A stretch of 63,654 nucleotides of DNA, filler included, from Aduncisulcus paluster (lineage: Eukaryota), in NCBI GenBank assembly GCA_024181965.1. It is 15 parts of 15 records of this genome, joined end to end, with 100 filler letters (N's around TTAATTAATTAA, not from the genome) between each part and the next. Parts side by side here need not be neighbours in the genome. Positions count along the whole stretch, not along the records: positions 47,519 to 59,256 come from BQXS01011792.1; positions 59,357 to 61,799 come from BQXS01011793.1; 13 more parts are not named here. One strand, 5' to 3'. Each line of letters starts with the position of its first letter. The stretch's first letter is position 1. Position numbers and translations under genes: made by a program. The notes below the pieces were generated by a model. That model did no database searches, was not told the DNA's origin, and saw only the letters and a list, made by a program, of their open reading frames with translations. Below are positions 48,060 to 60,104 of the stretch, one piece after another.

Positions 48060-48600
48060 AGTTTCCAAACCAGCGTGGATGGAGTGGCAGTGTGAATCGT
48101 TACTCAACACCTCAATATGATTGGCCTTCATGATCTTAAGCAACTTGGAGTCAAGGTCAGTGTAGAGCTATAACGCCCAACCAGGGGTAAGCTTTGAGGA
48201 TATCGATCTCCTCTTCTGTGGTCTTGATAACACCAGTCGTACATGAGGTCTCAATAAGGCCTTCAACAACAGTGGGGGTGGGATCATACATTGTGGATCG
48301 TTGTGGAGCGTTGTGGACCAGCAAGTGTGAAGAAGAAGGAAGTCAATGAGACTCTCAGTGCAAGCCTTGTTCATAGGAGGGGGATTGTGATCTTGACATC
48401 TGTAGGAGTCACAGTATTACTGTTAGTAACAAAGGTATTGGGATCAGTCTTCTTGAACATATTCTTGAGGAAGTGACTCAAGAGTTCTCGAGGAGTTCAC
48501 CTCCAAGCTTGGTTACAAACTCAGTAATAAGCTCAGTATCAAACTCAGCAAAGTTCTTGGTTTCAGGCGACTTTATGTGTGACCAATTGGAACACGGAAG
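48060..48600 (-). pseudogene. Decayed M20 peptidase (PepD/Xaa-His dipeptidase-like) fragment
   Basis: Across shifting frames: VVEGLIETSCTTGVIKT (~48225-48270), PGW, DSKLLKIMK and IHAGLET (48060-48081), with stops and frameshifts. Confidence 0.65.
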
Positions 48601-48855
48601 TTCAATGCCTACCGTAAATATGAGAGAGCTGTCAAGAAGTAGCCAATGACAAGTCATCCTATACTCTCATCCTCATCCCAAAAGGAAGCGACATATATAT
48701 CCAGGGTTATAATTCTTAAACTATTGTAAACTGCAAACTGCACTATCAATAAACACATTGTATAGACCATCGATTGTTTTTAAATAATTCACACGCATTA
48801 TTCTAATTAAATATAAAAAAAATAAAAATAAAAATATTAATTGTGATTTATGAAA

Positions 48856-50088
48856 TTACAAAACATCCAAAACCAATTCTTTACGAGCTGAAGAACCACC
48901 AATTTGTCGTTTCACATACAATGAAACAAACCTGGCCTTTACGATACCTTTCTCATCGTTCCAGATGATAAACTTATGATCCCCACAAGAAACAATCGTT
49001 GAAGAAGCTGGGAAACGTGTCAAGAAATATAATTGAGGATCAAGAGTGAAAAAACAGATTGAATCGCGTCGAAACCATTCATAAATGCCAATGTTTGACG
49101 TTAACATTTCGGGGAAAGAGTCCACTTCACATTGATGAAATTCCTTAAATGATTTCCATGTTGAAACGTCAATAAACTCCGGATAAATCTTTCGATGCAA
49201 CCTGACAGTCAAGAACCGACCACAAGGTGTGAAAGAATGGAGACGTCCTTTGGTTTTGAATACTATCTTACATTTATCGAGATTAAGAACAAATATTTTA
49301 TCGGAATCGCTGACACGATATGCCAATATGTTCATAGTTGGATGGAAAATCATTCGATTGATTGAACCTTTTTTCTTCCACTTCATCTTTCCAAACCTAT
49401 CATAAATTGATATTTGTTTCGGTGATCCCAAACATATTTTGTTATCTCTTGATGTCAACACGAGATTAAACTTTCCTTTTATAAACGATGTCTTCTTTGA
49501 GAGTCCATTAACGATATGAAGATCTTTCGGAGAAGATAGATATGTAATGGGATCATAACATGGTATGTAAAGCAAATCAAACCCTTTGTTGGCTTCATCA
49601 TCATCCTTGGGGCTGTCCAACGTTGGAGAATGAGATCGAGATCGAGATCGAGATTGAGGTCGAGATCGGGTGAGAACATGAGAACCACGAGAAGCACGAG
49701 AACCATGAGAACCACGAGAAGCACGAGAAGCATGAGAAGCATGAGAAGCACGAGTAAGAGGAACTCGCTCAGTAGGAGCAGATAAGAGAGCCATTTCACA
49801 GCCATATATCATGGAAGGGATCAATAAAAGCATTTCTTTCGAGAAAAAATCAAAGACAATGATGAAAAACGCAAGTTCTTCTTGGAGAAGGAAAGCGACA
49901 TAATGGTTGCACGGAGAAAAACAACACGAACAAATCTTGGAAAAATGGATTGGAGAAGAGAAAGAAAACGCAATATGGCTAATTACATCCCAAAGAAGAA
50001 TAATATCTCGATCATCGCCCTTGTTTTGCAAAACAACGTATTGAGGGTTTTGGGATATACCAATTCTGGGGATAGAAGACGATATCAT
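48856..50088 (-). CDS. Hypothetical beta-propeller-like protein with 9-bp-repeat/RS insert
   Basis: 410-aa ORF with CCFSPCNHY, IFHPTMNILAY and FTPCGRFL blade-like motifs. Confidence 0.6.
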   Translation of the reverse strand: MISSSIPRIGISQNPQYVVLQNKGDDRDIILLWDVISHIAFSFSSPIHFSKICSCCFSPCNHYVAFLLQEELAFFIIVFDFFSKEMLLLIPSMIYGCEMALLSAPTERVPLTRASHASHASRASRGSHGSRASRGSHVLTRSRPQSRSRSRSHSPTLDSPKDDDEANKGFDLLYIPCYDPITYLSSPKDLHIVNGLSKKTSFIKGKFNLVLTSRDNKICLGSPKQISIYDRFGKMKWKKKGSINRMIFHPTMNILAYRVSDSDKIFVLNLDKCKIVFKTKGRLHSFTPCGRFLTVRLHRKIYPEFIDVSTWKSFKEFHQCEVDSFPEMLTSNIGIYEWFRRDSICFFTLDPQLYFLTRFPASSTIVSCGDHKFIIWNDEKGIVKARFVSLYVKRQIGGSSARKELVLDVL

Positions 50089-51395
50089 GACAAATAAATG
50101 TTTTTAGGGGAGTGGGGGGNNNNNNNNNNNNNNNNNNNNATGGTTGCACGGAGAAAAACAACACGAACAAATCTTGGAAAAATGGATTGGAGAAGAGAAA
50201 GAAAACGCAATATGGCTAATTACATCCCAAAGAAGAATAATATCTCGATCATCGCCCTTGTTTTGCAAAACAACGTATTGAGGGTTTTGGGATATACCAA
50301 TTCTGGGGATAGAAGACGATATCATGACAAATAAATGTTTTTAGGGGAGTGGGGGGATATTTTCAAATAATAATGCCAATAAAGTGATGGAAAAATGTGA
50401 AAATGAGAATAAAATGATGAATTTAAACGATTTATAAAATATGGAATTAACTACAATAATTCACAAAAAGTTCAATCGTCTAATTTGAAATATTCAATTT
50501 AATTGTCGGAGAAAATAAGGATCAGGAATGACTAATGGATTCGAAAGAAAGGTGACATGATTTCTCTCTCTTCAAACGGCAACAATTCAAAGAAAAGGAA
50601 AATTATTTGCCAAAGTATAAATTAAAAAACCATATTAGTGGTATCTTTTGCTTTCTATGTTCGATAAAAATTGAAAAAAAGTAACGAATAACGCCAGAAT
50701 AGCCACTCATATGTCAGTTTGTATTCTAATTACAAAGGGGCAATGTTATTGAAGAAATCGGCATTTATCATTCAAATAAAAGCATTTTCCTAGTCATAAA
50801 AGGAGGAATAGTTTCATAGAGGCAAAAAACAAAGAAAGTTCAAAATGGAACAACAACAGCGAGTTCCATATAAATTTAATCCGCATAATACAGATAGTAA
50901 ATGCAATAGATGGTTTAAAATTGGATGCAAAAGGAATATTCAATCAGCCAGAAGTCCAGAATTGAAAACTTGCACTTTTCGTCACAATCCTATTACAAGG
51001 AAGCTATTTCTCAAGAGATTATTAAATTTCAATTATTTATATTTCTCTTAATCTGTATTATCAGCGATTTTTGTTCACATTTCTCTCTTTGAATGTTTCT
51101 GATGTGATATGTCTCTATTCACGCCTTTCATTTCTTTATAAATCTAATATTTTTCAGTTTTAATTTGAATTTATTATGAAATCTGTTCTTAATTGCAGAA
51201 AAGAATTCAATTTGATAGGTTAACCAAACTTTCAACTACAGCCTGTACTGGAGTACACCGATTGGTCCTAACTTTCGATTTGAATTAATTGAGTTAGTAT
51301 CCTCATCATAAATTAATATTTCATTTGTATATATTTTACTGATTATGTTCTATTTCTCATTTTACATTTTCAAAATGTAGAAAGTTTCTACATTT

Positions 51396-54300
51396 CTATT
51401 TCTCCTCGAAATAACGAATATCCTGTGATTTTTCCCTTCCTAATAGTAGATGAGCTTTGATCAATTGTTCTTTTTTTGAAGGTCTTCGTTTAGTTAACGC
51501 TGATATAAGTTTCTTTGTTATTTTCCGTAGAAACTCGTTCATTAACGTTGCTATTGCTTCTTGGCATGTCGAATAGCCATTCCCATGTTTTCTTTTCAAG
51601 TGAATTTCTGAAGCTGATGGAATTAACCTNNNNNNNNNNNNNNNNNNNNAGATGAGCTTTGATCAATTGTTCTTTTTTTGAAGGTCTTCGTTTAGTTAAC
51701 GCTGATATAAGTTTCTTTGTTATTTTCCGTAGAAACTCGTTCATTAACGTTGCTATTGCTTCTTGGCATGTCGAATAGCCATTCCCATGTTTTCTTTTCA
51801 AGTGAATTTCTGAAGCTGATGGAATTAACCTGTGAACTACCATTCCGTTCGAGAAAAAACACAAAGAAATTGAGAAATTGTTATACATCCAACTCCAATG
51901 TTTCTCTTCTTTTTGTTCTTCTATTTGTTCTTCTTTTTGTTCTTCTTTGCCCGATCTTATTGATACTTTTGGAACCAAAGAAGAACATGAAGTAGAAGAA
52001 GAAGTAGAACAAGAGGAAGAATAAGAGGAAGAAGAACAAGATATTTCTTGATTTAGAGAGTTTTGAGGATCTTTAGAGTTGTCTCTTCGATCGATCATGA
52101 ATGCTGCTAAAAGATATTCTTTCTCAGACGAAAATAGTTCAATCCTCGAAAAATCTGAGAAAGAAAGAATTTCATTGATGGAGGCTAAAATATTGTTATA
52201 CAAATTTGATATCAATTTTATAGAATCAAAGGATGCAGATTCTCTGAAAAACGCACGTATATTTCCTCCTATTGAAAAAATTATACGTTTTCTAATGGAA
52301 TCCCATTCAAAAACTGAATTGGATGGTAAAAATAGTTCAGCCTTGGCGTTTCTGCGAGCCAATGATAAGGAATTTCGCATTAACTTCACAAAACAAGCTA
52401 ATTTAGCCTCTTGAAATGATATTTTACAGAAAATTGATTGGAATTTCCATGATCCATGGATGACATCAACCTTTGGAGTCGAATATATTGATTTGATTCC
52501 TGATCGAATATCAAATTTAGCATTATTAAGTTGGCAGTTGAATACAAGAGATGTTAACGATGCTGGAAGAAACAAGAAATTACGTATCCATCTGAAATGT
52601 CTAAATATTATCAATTGAAGCTCTTCATCAGAGAGAAATAAACTTAAATCATTCAAAGTTAATGTTATATTTGGAAAGGATAAATCAATACCAATACCAG
52701 TTTCTAAAAATAGTTTTGAAGAGAAGGGAGAAGAAGAAGAAGAAGAAGAAGTTGTTTGTTTCTCAAGATCAGAAATAGATTGAGAAACTGAAGAACATGA
52801 ATGTGAGTGTAGGTGATGATTTTGATGTTTTTTCAACTTTTGATGAATTCCCAGGCATTCTTCATACTCATCACTATCAAATGAAATACTATATGTACTA
52901 AATCTATCAGGATAACCATTATCACAACAATAATCATCAAAATCAATGTTTGAGGATTTGTGTTGAAGGCTAGGAATTTGATTGGTTTTGGTTTTAGCTT
53001 GGCCTTTTGCTTGACTTTTAGCTTGGCTTTGAGCTTGGCTTTTAGCTTGGCTTTTTGTAGATATACAACTTCTTTTATGACGTGATTTATCCAAGTCAAT
53101 AATTGCCTTTTTTATATTGTGTGATGATGATCTAACTTGTTTAACGACCAAAGGAACTTCATGCAGTTCTTTTCCATGCAGTTTATCAAGTATAGTATCC
53201 TCTTCTATTTCTTTTTCTATATGTTTAATATGTTCGAAANNNNNNNNNNNNNNNNNNNNTTGAAGGCTAGGAATTTGATTGGTTTTGGTTTTAGCTTGGC
53301 CTTTTGCTTGACTTTTAGCTTGGCTTTGAGCTTGGCTTTTAGCTTGGCTTTTTGTAGATATACAACTTCTTTTATGACGTGATTTATCCAAGTCAATAAT
53401 TGCCTTTTTTATATTGTGTGATGATGATCTAACTTGTTTAACGACCAAAGGAACTTCATGCAGTTCTTTTCCATGCAGTTTATCAAGTATAGTATCCTCT
53501 TCTATTTCTTTTTCTATATGTTTAATATGTTCGCAATGAGAATGAGCCAAAGAAGAAGAAGAGGAAGAGGAAGAGGAAGAGGAAGAAGAAGAAGAAGAAG
53601 AAGAAGAGGAAGAGGGATAATTCTCCATAAATGTGACTTTCTTGCCATATTCATATTTTGATTGATTCGATATACCTTCCTTCGAGGAAATATGTCCGTT
53701 TGTTGTTAATTTTGTTGTTAATTTTGTTGTAAATTTTGTTGTAAATCCAAGACAAACTCTTATCTTATCCAATGAAAATCTTCCAATTGAATGAAATGGA
53801 TCACGTATATCATCACAACTAACTTGTAATTCAGTCCTTTTGATGTTCAACAATGTATTTCTATATTTATGAGTAAATTCAACATTCCAGGTAGGTAACA
53901 AAAGATCAAATCGTACTCTTTTGATGATATTATTTTCATATAAATATGCTAGAACATGCGTAATATCCTCTGGTAAAGGCGAACTCTTGATCCAATCATC
54001 AGGATTAAAAGATATATATTGTGATTTCGGAAGAACTGAAATATGATCGAGATGGAAAATATCCTCAAAAATAGAGATAATATGAGTGCCTGAGTGTCTC
54101 GAATGCATTGATTGGACCTTAATCGATAATAATATTGATGAGATTGTGAGAGATTCATACTTGGCATTATAATAATCGTTTGCATTACTGTCATTCCCAA
54201 GACATGTAACATCATCAGATATAGATATATTGGCAACAGCAGCAGTAGCAGTAGCAGCAGCAGCAGCAGTAGCAGCAGCAGCAGCAGAAGAAGAAGAAGA

Positions 54301-55845
54301 AGAAGAATCAGACGAAGAGGATTGGACGATGGTTTTAGTTTTCTTATTTTCTTCAGGTATTTTGAGAGAAATGGTAACATTATGGACTTTCCAAGATGAT
54401 TTCAAGACGTCATTTAAATGCAATTCAGGGATATGTAAATTCAAATCGAATTGTTTCAATATAAATGGCAAAGATAATGCCTTGGGTTGTGACATTTTTG
54501 GCGATTTATGTTGAGGATTGAACATTAAAAGCTTTGATTTGGCATCAAATTGGATGTTTTTGGAAGTAATTTGGAAATATGGTAACGAAACATTATGAAG
54601 AATGAAATGAAGCTTCAGAACAATAAGATGTCCAGTTTGTTGATGCCGATGTAGTTTAGAACAACAATAAATATCTCGTTCTCTTTCTTCTTCTCCATCT
54701 CCAAGAATAGCAGACACATCCGTTGCTTCAGTTGTTGTTTCACACTGCTTAAACCGGTCACTATCCGGTCCAAACCGGTCACTATCCGGTCCAAACCGGT
54801 CACTATCCGGTCCAAACCGGTCACTATTAGGCGACTGATTTTGAACACCAGGTTGGGATATTATAGATCGGTTTGAGGATAATCTATTTCTATTAATATC
54901 CACATCATTATTACTATTATTGTCCCCAGACAGCCCTCTAATTAAACTTAACTTATTTTTAAATGTCAATGAAAAATCCATTTTCCCAACAATTGAGGAT
55001 TTAATGTGAGTTTTGGCAGATAAATGTGACAGCTCGATGTCAGACATGAAAGAAAACATTTTAAACGATGAAGAACCATGATATTGGGCAACAAGATGAT
55101 CAAATGTTATATTTCCAGTGTCATTTCTGGTGTTTGTGATGAGAATAGATGTTTCTTGGAGTCTCAACAATAGAGATGAGAAACAAAAACAAAAATGAGG
55201 ACAAAATAGTTTTCCATGGACAATTCGTGAAAGATTTTTCTCAATATCGGCAGTAAATACATTAGGATTAAAGATTTTCTTAAATCCACATTTAGGATGC
55301 TGGCAAAACCCAGTCAATTCAGTGCCACCGACAGAGATATCATTTCGACGAGAGGATAAACAAAGAGATTTACATTCAAATTGGAAAAAGGGAACCGAAT
55401 TCGAACGTTTGTGGCGTCTCACTCTTGGAGATTCTTGAACAATCATGGAAATAATGAAATCGTTACACAGAACAACAAATGGTTTGGAAAACATTTTTTG
55501 GGGGGAAATATATGATAATATATTAAGAATAAAGTTAAAAAATGCGTGAAATATAAGTTTTATAAGAGATTTTCGAAGACAGAAGGCCCCAAATATAGTG
55601 ACGGATGAATTTGAATAATTAAGAGATATTTTAAGTCTAAATTTCAAAAAATGAAGAGTTTTTGAGATTGTATTATCCTTTTTAATGCAAAAACTTGATA
55701 TTTTTCCATTAATTCCGGCATTTTGGAGACAGTTGTCAACGACGGACCTAATCTTATTCTTCAAAAAGAGAATAAGACTAGTCAATGAAAATACAATAAA
55801 AGAAACTGAAATTACAATATTGATTATTTTCATCCTATCAATCAT
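51396..55845 (-). CDS. Large hypothetical protein with N-terminal TM anchor and many microsatellite-derived inserts
   Basis: After removing gap-overlap duplicates the frame ends at 51396 (..QDIRYFEEK*). Contains poly-S, poly-A and 21-bp SDRFGPD repeats (~54751-54826). Confidence 0.6.
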
Positions 55846-56292
55846 ATAAATATCATGGAATTGAAACTTAGCATGAAAGTTAGTCCTATAATAGACCTAA
55901 TTATAAATATCAATAAATGCTAATGAGATGTGAAATGATATAGCATTTTAGTTTTCTCTCTAAATAGTCAATAAAACTAGGATATCAGCTAAACAAAGAT
56001 TTTGATCCCGACATGTCTGAAATGTGAAAACGATATCATTTGAGTGGCAAAATTCAATATTATCAAAAAGACAATAATTGAAACGCACATATAATGTTCT
56101 TTTCCATCTAATCGTTGTCAAAAGCCAGTTTTCGTGAATTGAGTAGTATCTTGTCAATATTGTCATATACATTGATATATCTTAGAAAAATAAATATTGT
56201 GTTTAGAAACGGATAGCATACATTCCTTGGATCCTCATTATTAAAGTTGGAGTGAGAGAGAGTGTCAATCAGTCTATTTTCGTGGCTACCAT

Positions 56293-57004
56293 ATGACCTT
56301 TAGGTTTTATGTAGGTAATATATCTCATAGAGCCGAAAAATTTCATCTTGAAAAGCTCTTTTCACCTTTTGGCAAACTCATAGATATAGAAATCAATTCT
56401 AGTAGATTAAGCACTTTCTCTGATATTGGTATGTGTATTTATTATTTTATTTCTTATTACGTTTTGTATTTATTCTTGTTGATTAATTTATTTATCTGTA
56501 TTTATTTGTATTTATTCCATTTTTTTCATCTCATCAGATCCGGATAGGATATCTTTGTTCGGATATATTACAATAGATTTATCGTTAGACTATGGAGAAT
56601 TTAAAAAGAAAGTAGGATATTTAAGACTATTTGGACGGAAATTAAGAGTGGAAGATGCTCGGCCTTCCAAGGTCAAAATAGCCCTCGATGAAGCCATAGC
56701 CAGTGAGAAACAAGCAGAAATATCGAAATCCACAAGCAATATTCTTCCAATTTCCCCTGATATTGTTGAAGAAAAAACAAAATCGGGCACTCAAATCACA
56801 TTTGAGAAAGTGTTTTCCAAACCATGGGCTCCACAATTATATTTGATATCCAAAATGACAAGTTCTCGAACACCAGATGAAGTGCGTGAGATATTTTGTC
56901 GTTCTACAATTGGTCAAACGACTTCAAAGGGTACTAGTGCTCCAAAACCTGTTATTAGGCGTAAAAGAAGAAGTTGGGCATCGATTAGGAAAGTCAAGGG
57001 ATGA
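56293..57004 (+). CDS. RRM protein (NOL8/Nop8-like), two exons 56293-56428 and 56538-57004
   Basis: RNP2 (RFYVGNI) and RNP1 (FGYITI)..GRKLRVEDARP are joined by splicing into a 200-aa protein. Confidence 0.8.
56429..56537 (+). other. Spliceosomal intron (109 nt, phase 1)
   Basis: GTATGT...CATCAG, T-rich; splicing restores the RRM frame. Confidence 0.85.
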
Positions 57005-57230
57005 AAAAAATAGTGTTAACATTTTATAATATATTTTATGTTCAATCATTGATTGATTGAATGATTCACGATTTTCTTCCTAAAATAATATAATAGCATT
57101 GAAATAAATTATCAATAAATTTGCTCATAAATAATATGATCTTATTTTCCCCTCAATAAATTTGCAATATTAAGCTATTGAAAAATAAAATAGATTGGCC
57201 TCTTTTCCCTTTGTTGTTTGGGAAAGAGCA

Positions 57231-58319
57231 ATGGAAAAGGACGATATTAGATTAATTTTACTAGCTATCGCCGGAGCTGGTAGTTATGTTCTTTTAATTT
57301 TTGTTTTATTTCTCATCTCAAAATGTTTAGGGAAAAAGGTTCAAGCCCTTGAGAAAGGAAAAGAAGAGGTCCAAAAACCTTCCGAAAAGGTTGAACCTGA
57401 GCGCAAACCTTCTGCAACGACTCCTGAAGTCGAATCTGCAACTGTCACCAAGAAATCCTCCAAATCTAAATCAAAAAAGAAAAGTTCCAAATCCAAAAAG
57501 AACAAAAGTTCTGACTCAAAGCCCTCAACTCCCTCCAAGACTCCTAAAACCCCATCCCTTTCTGAACGTAAACAAATTCTTCGTAGCGAGATGAAAGAAG
57601 ACTTATCTAAAATTGAAGCCCATAATTTTGAATTAACTGAGATGCTTTCTAATTTATCTAAAGAAGAAGTCGCCGTTGAGAGAGAATGTGAGGATATTGA
57701 GGAAGAAATCCGTAGATTGACCATAAAGACCGATAGATTGTCAAACGAAACCCAAACAAAAGAACGCCATCTGCATTCTTGTATTGAAGATGCCAAGGCC
57801 ATTGAAAAAAGCTCTGATCTCACCAGTTTCAAAAAACAAATTGCCTCTTTGAAAACTGAGAAAAAACAGAGAGAACAGGATTTATCTGCCTTAAAAACGG
57901 AATATGCCGAAACGACTAAGAAAATTGAGCAGATTGAAGCCACTAGAGCAACCCGTGAAAAAGAAGTTGAAGACGAGGAGCGCAAGACTGTCCAAGAGCT
58001 TGAATCTCTCAAACTGAAGATGAAAGAGAAGAGACAAGAGCAAGAAAGCAAGAAAGAACGGTTTGCTGAGGACAAACAAGGCGCTGAGCGTAGAGTTAGT
58101 GATGCCGAAGCTGAGAAACAACGATTGGTGTCCATTCTTGAAAAAACTGAGAGAGAAGAGAAAGAAAAAGTTAATGAAGTTGTCGCACAGAAGGAAACAT
58201 TGCAGAAACAATACCATGATCTAAGTCGCCAAAGTGAAGTGCTTAGAGTTCGTCAATTATACTATGAAAAGAAGGAACTTGAAGAGCTTCAAAGTCAGCT
58301 GGATGCTTGTACAGAATAA
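57231..58319 (+). CDS. N-terminally membrane-anchored long coiled-coil protein
   Basis: ATG at 57231, hydrophobic segment, Lys/Ser linker and ~230-aa coiled coil. Confidence 0.75.
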   Translation: MEKDDIRLILLAIAGAGSYVLLIFVLFLISKCLGKKVQALEKGKEEVQKPSEKVEPERKPSATTPEVESATVTKKSSKSKSKKKSSKSKKNKSSDSKPSTPSKTPKTPSLSERKQILRSEMKEDLSKIEAHNFELTEMLSNLSKEEVAVERECEDIEEEIRRLTIKTDRLSNETQTKERHLHSCIEDAKAIEKSSDLTSFKKQIASLKTEKKQREQDLSALKTEYAETTKKIEQIEATRATREKEVEDEERKTVQELESLKLKMKEKRQEQESKKERFAEDKQGAERRVSDAEAEKQRLVSILEKTEREEKEKVNEVVAQKETLQKQYHDLSRQSEVLRVRQLYYEKKELEELQSQLDACTE

Positions 58320-58601
58320 TGGTCACTCCTTTAGATTCTAAATAAAATTATTAATTATTAAAATAAAATAAAGAAATTTTTTTTTTTTTTTTATTCCTTA
58401 AATATCATCTTTCTACAGTCACAGTAAATGCATGATGCAAGCACATTCTTCATGATCATTGACCGGAGGAAATGGAAAGAAAATCGAAAGAAAATGGAAA
58501 GAAAATCGAAAGCTCTCAAAAAGAAAGCCATGTTGGCAATATCTCCGAAAAAAAGTATTATTTTATCCCATTGTATCTCCAAGGATATGTCATGATGCCA
58601 T

Positions 58602-59243
58602 CCAAATGGCGACTTTGTTTGTGTTTGTTTGTTTAAAGACAGGATAATAATGATATTATTCTGCCAAATCCGAACATTACAGAAGTCGCTTCAGTGACCA
58701 CTTCTGCCACCGATCCTGGTCAAAGGGATCAAAATGATGAGAGTGATATATCTCAGCAGGGAGAAAGTGAACCACAAGCCCAACAAATAAGTGAAGGGCA
58801 GAACGACGACCAGGCAGACTCGGTGACCCTTGAATCAATTGACTCTATGAGGAGGAGCGTAGCTATACAATACTTCGGAGTAATTCCGGTTGCTATCTCA
58901 ACCCATGGAGCCATTGGTCAAGGATTATCAGACCTGTTGAAAGAATTTCGCAGAAGAGACGTGACTGCAACAAGTGAAGTGGATTCATTTTCTGGAGACA
59001 CTTCCAGCGAAGATAGCACGGTTTCTGAAAAATCCCTCTTCCAAACCTCATTCTGGAGACTTGCTCGCCTTGGCGCAGCATTGGCGAAAGGATATGGTTA
59101 CTGTTTCTCCAAGTATTTGGCGAAGCTGGATCTAATGAGGAATCCCAGATGTGAAATATAATATAAAATATAGATAATTAAATAAGTGTAAAAATTTATT
59201 TGAACAACATTAAATAAAGACACAACGACCAAATGGCGACTTT
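58602..59243 (+). mobile_element. Complete 5'-truncated RLE non-LTR insertion with 15-bp target-site duplication
   Basis: CCAAATGGCGACTTT at 58602-58616 and 59229-59243. Encodes ..YFGVIPVAISTHGAIG..RLARLGAALAKG (RLE C-terminal motifs). Overlaps the copies at 1-42 and 18729-18997. Confidence 0.85.
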
Positions 59244-59356
59244 TCGATCCTTTGATNNNNNNNNNNNNNNNNNNNNNNNNNNNNNNNNNNNNNNNNNNNN
59301 TTAATTAATTAANNNNNNNNNNNNNNNNNNNNNNNNNNNNNNNNNNNNNNNNNNNN

Positions 59357-59428
59357 GTCACTAATTAGATCACAGACCTTGTCTGGATGCCCACAAGTTA
59401 CACTTTCAGAAGCGAAGCTGTATTCCAT
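59357..59428 (-). CDS. MAT: S-adenosylmethionine synthetase N-terminus (3' partial)
   Basis: Not in ORF track. Translates MEYSFASESVTCGHPDKVCDLISD, containing the GHPDK signature. Confidence 0.9.
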
Positions 59429-60104
59429 CTCCCAAAATCAAAAATGTTTTCGAATCAACCACACGAAGGTACTCGAATTGAAGTGATGTAAGATGGCGAT
59501 GCTGTCGGCTTGAACGATTGAAATGAAACTTGTTCCGGATCAAGATCTTTTTAATATCAGGTAATTTTCAGTGAATAGCTAATTTTCGACACAATCGGTC
59601 TTTACGTTCAAAAGTCGCCAATAACATCGAGGTATTTCTCCGCAAATGAAAACAAATACCCCAGAATAACACGATTTTATTTGTTTCTGAAATCATTTCC
59701 GTTCCTATCCAGCCAGCCGATTTCTACCTTCCATTCCTCCGACAGAATGAAAAGGAATTCGCGCAATATTATCTTGTATTCGTTGCTATTAATATGAATA
59801 TGGGGAAGAAATGAGATAAAAACGTGTTATTTCATGGTTTTCTGTACCGTACAGAAATTCTGTTATCTCCCGTTTCAAGATTTGTATTGACTAAATTAAG
59901 TAATTTTCTCGGCGTTTTTACTAATAGGATATGCAAAAAAATTAAATTGTTTTCAAAACTCGCAATATGCCCAGATACAGCTAAATTCTTGTTTCGCCAG
60001 AAATTCATGGCCTCTCATGTTGTTGAATATCAGTTGAGTATAGCCATTGAAATTAAAGTAAAAAGCATTTCTCGATTATCATGGGATTAATCTTAACAAA
60101 TATA

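Noticed and set aside
32452..53534. Direct repeats of 150-280 bp flanking the five 20-N gaps
   Set aside because: Unmerged scaffold overlaps, not biological repeats.
54751..54826. 21-bp direct repeats resembling CRISPR
   Set aside because: No spacers; this is an in-frame coding minisatellite (SDRFGPD).
59429..60104. SAM-responsive RNA element upstream of SAM synthetase
   Set aside because: No riboswitch or METTL16-type consensus recognised on the coding strand.
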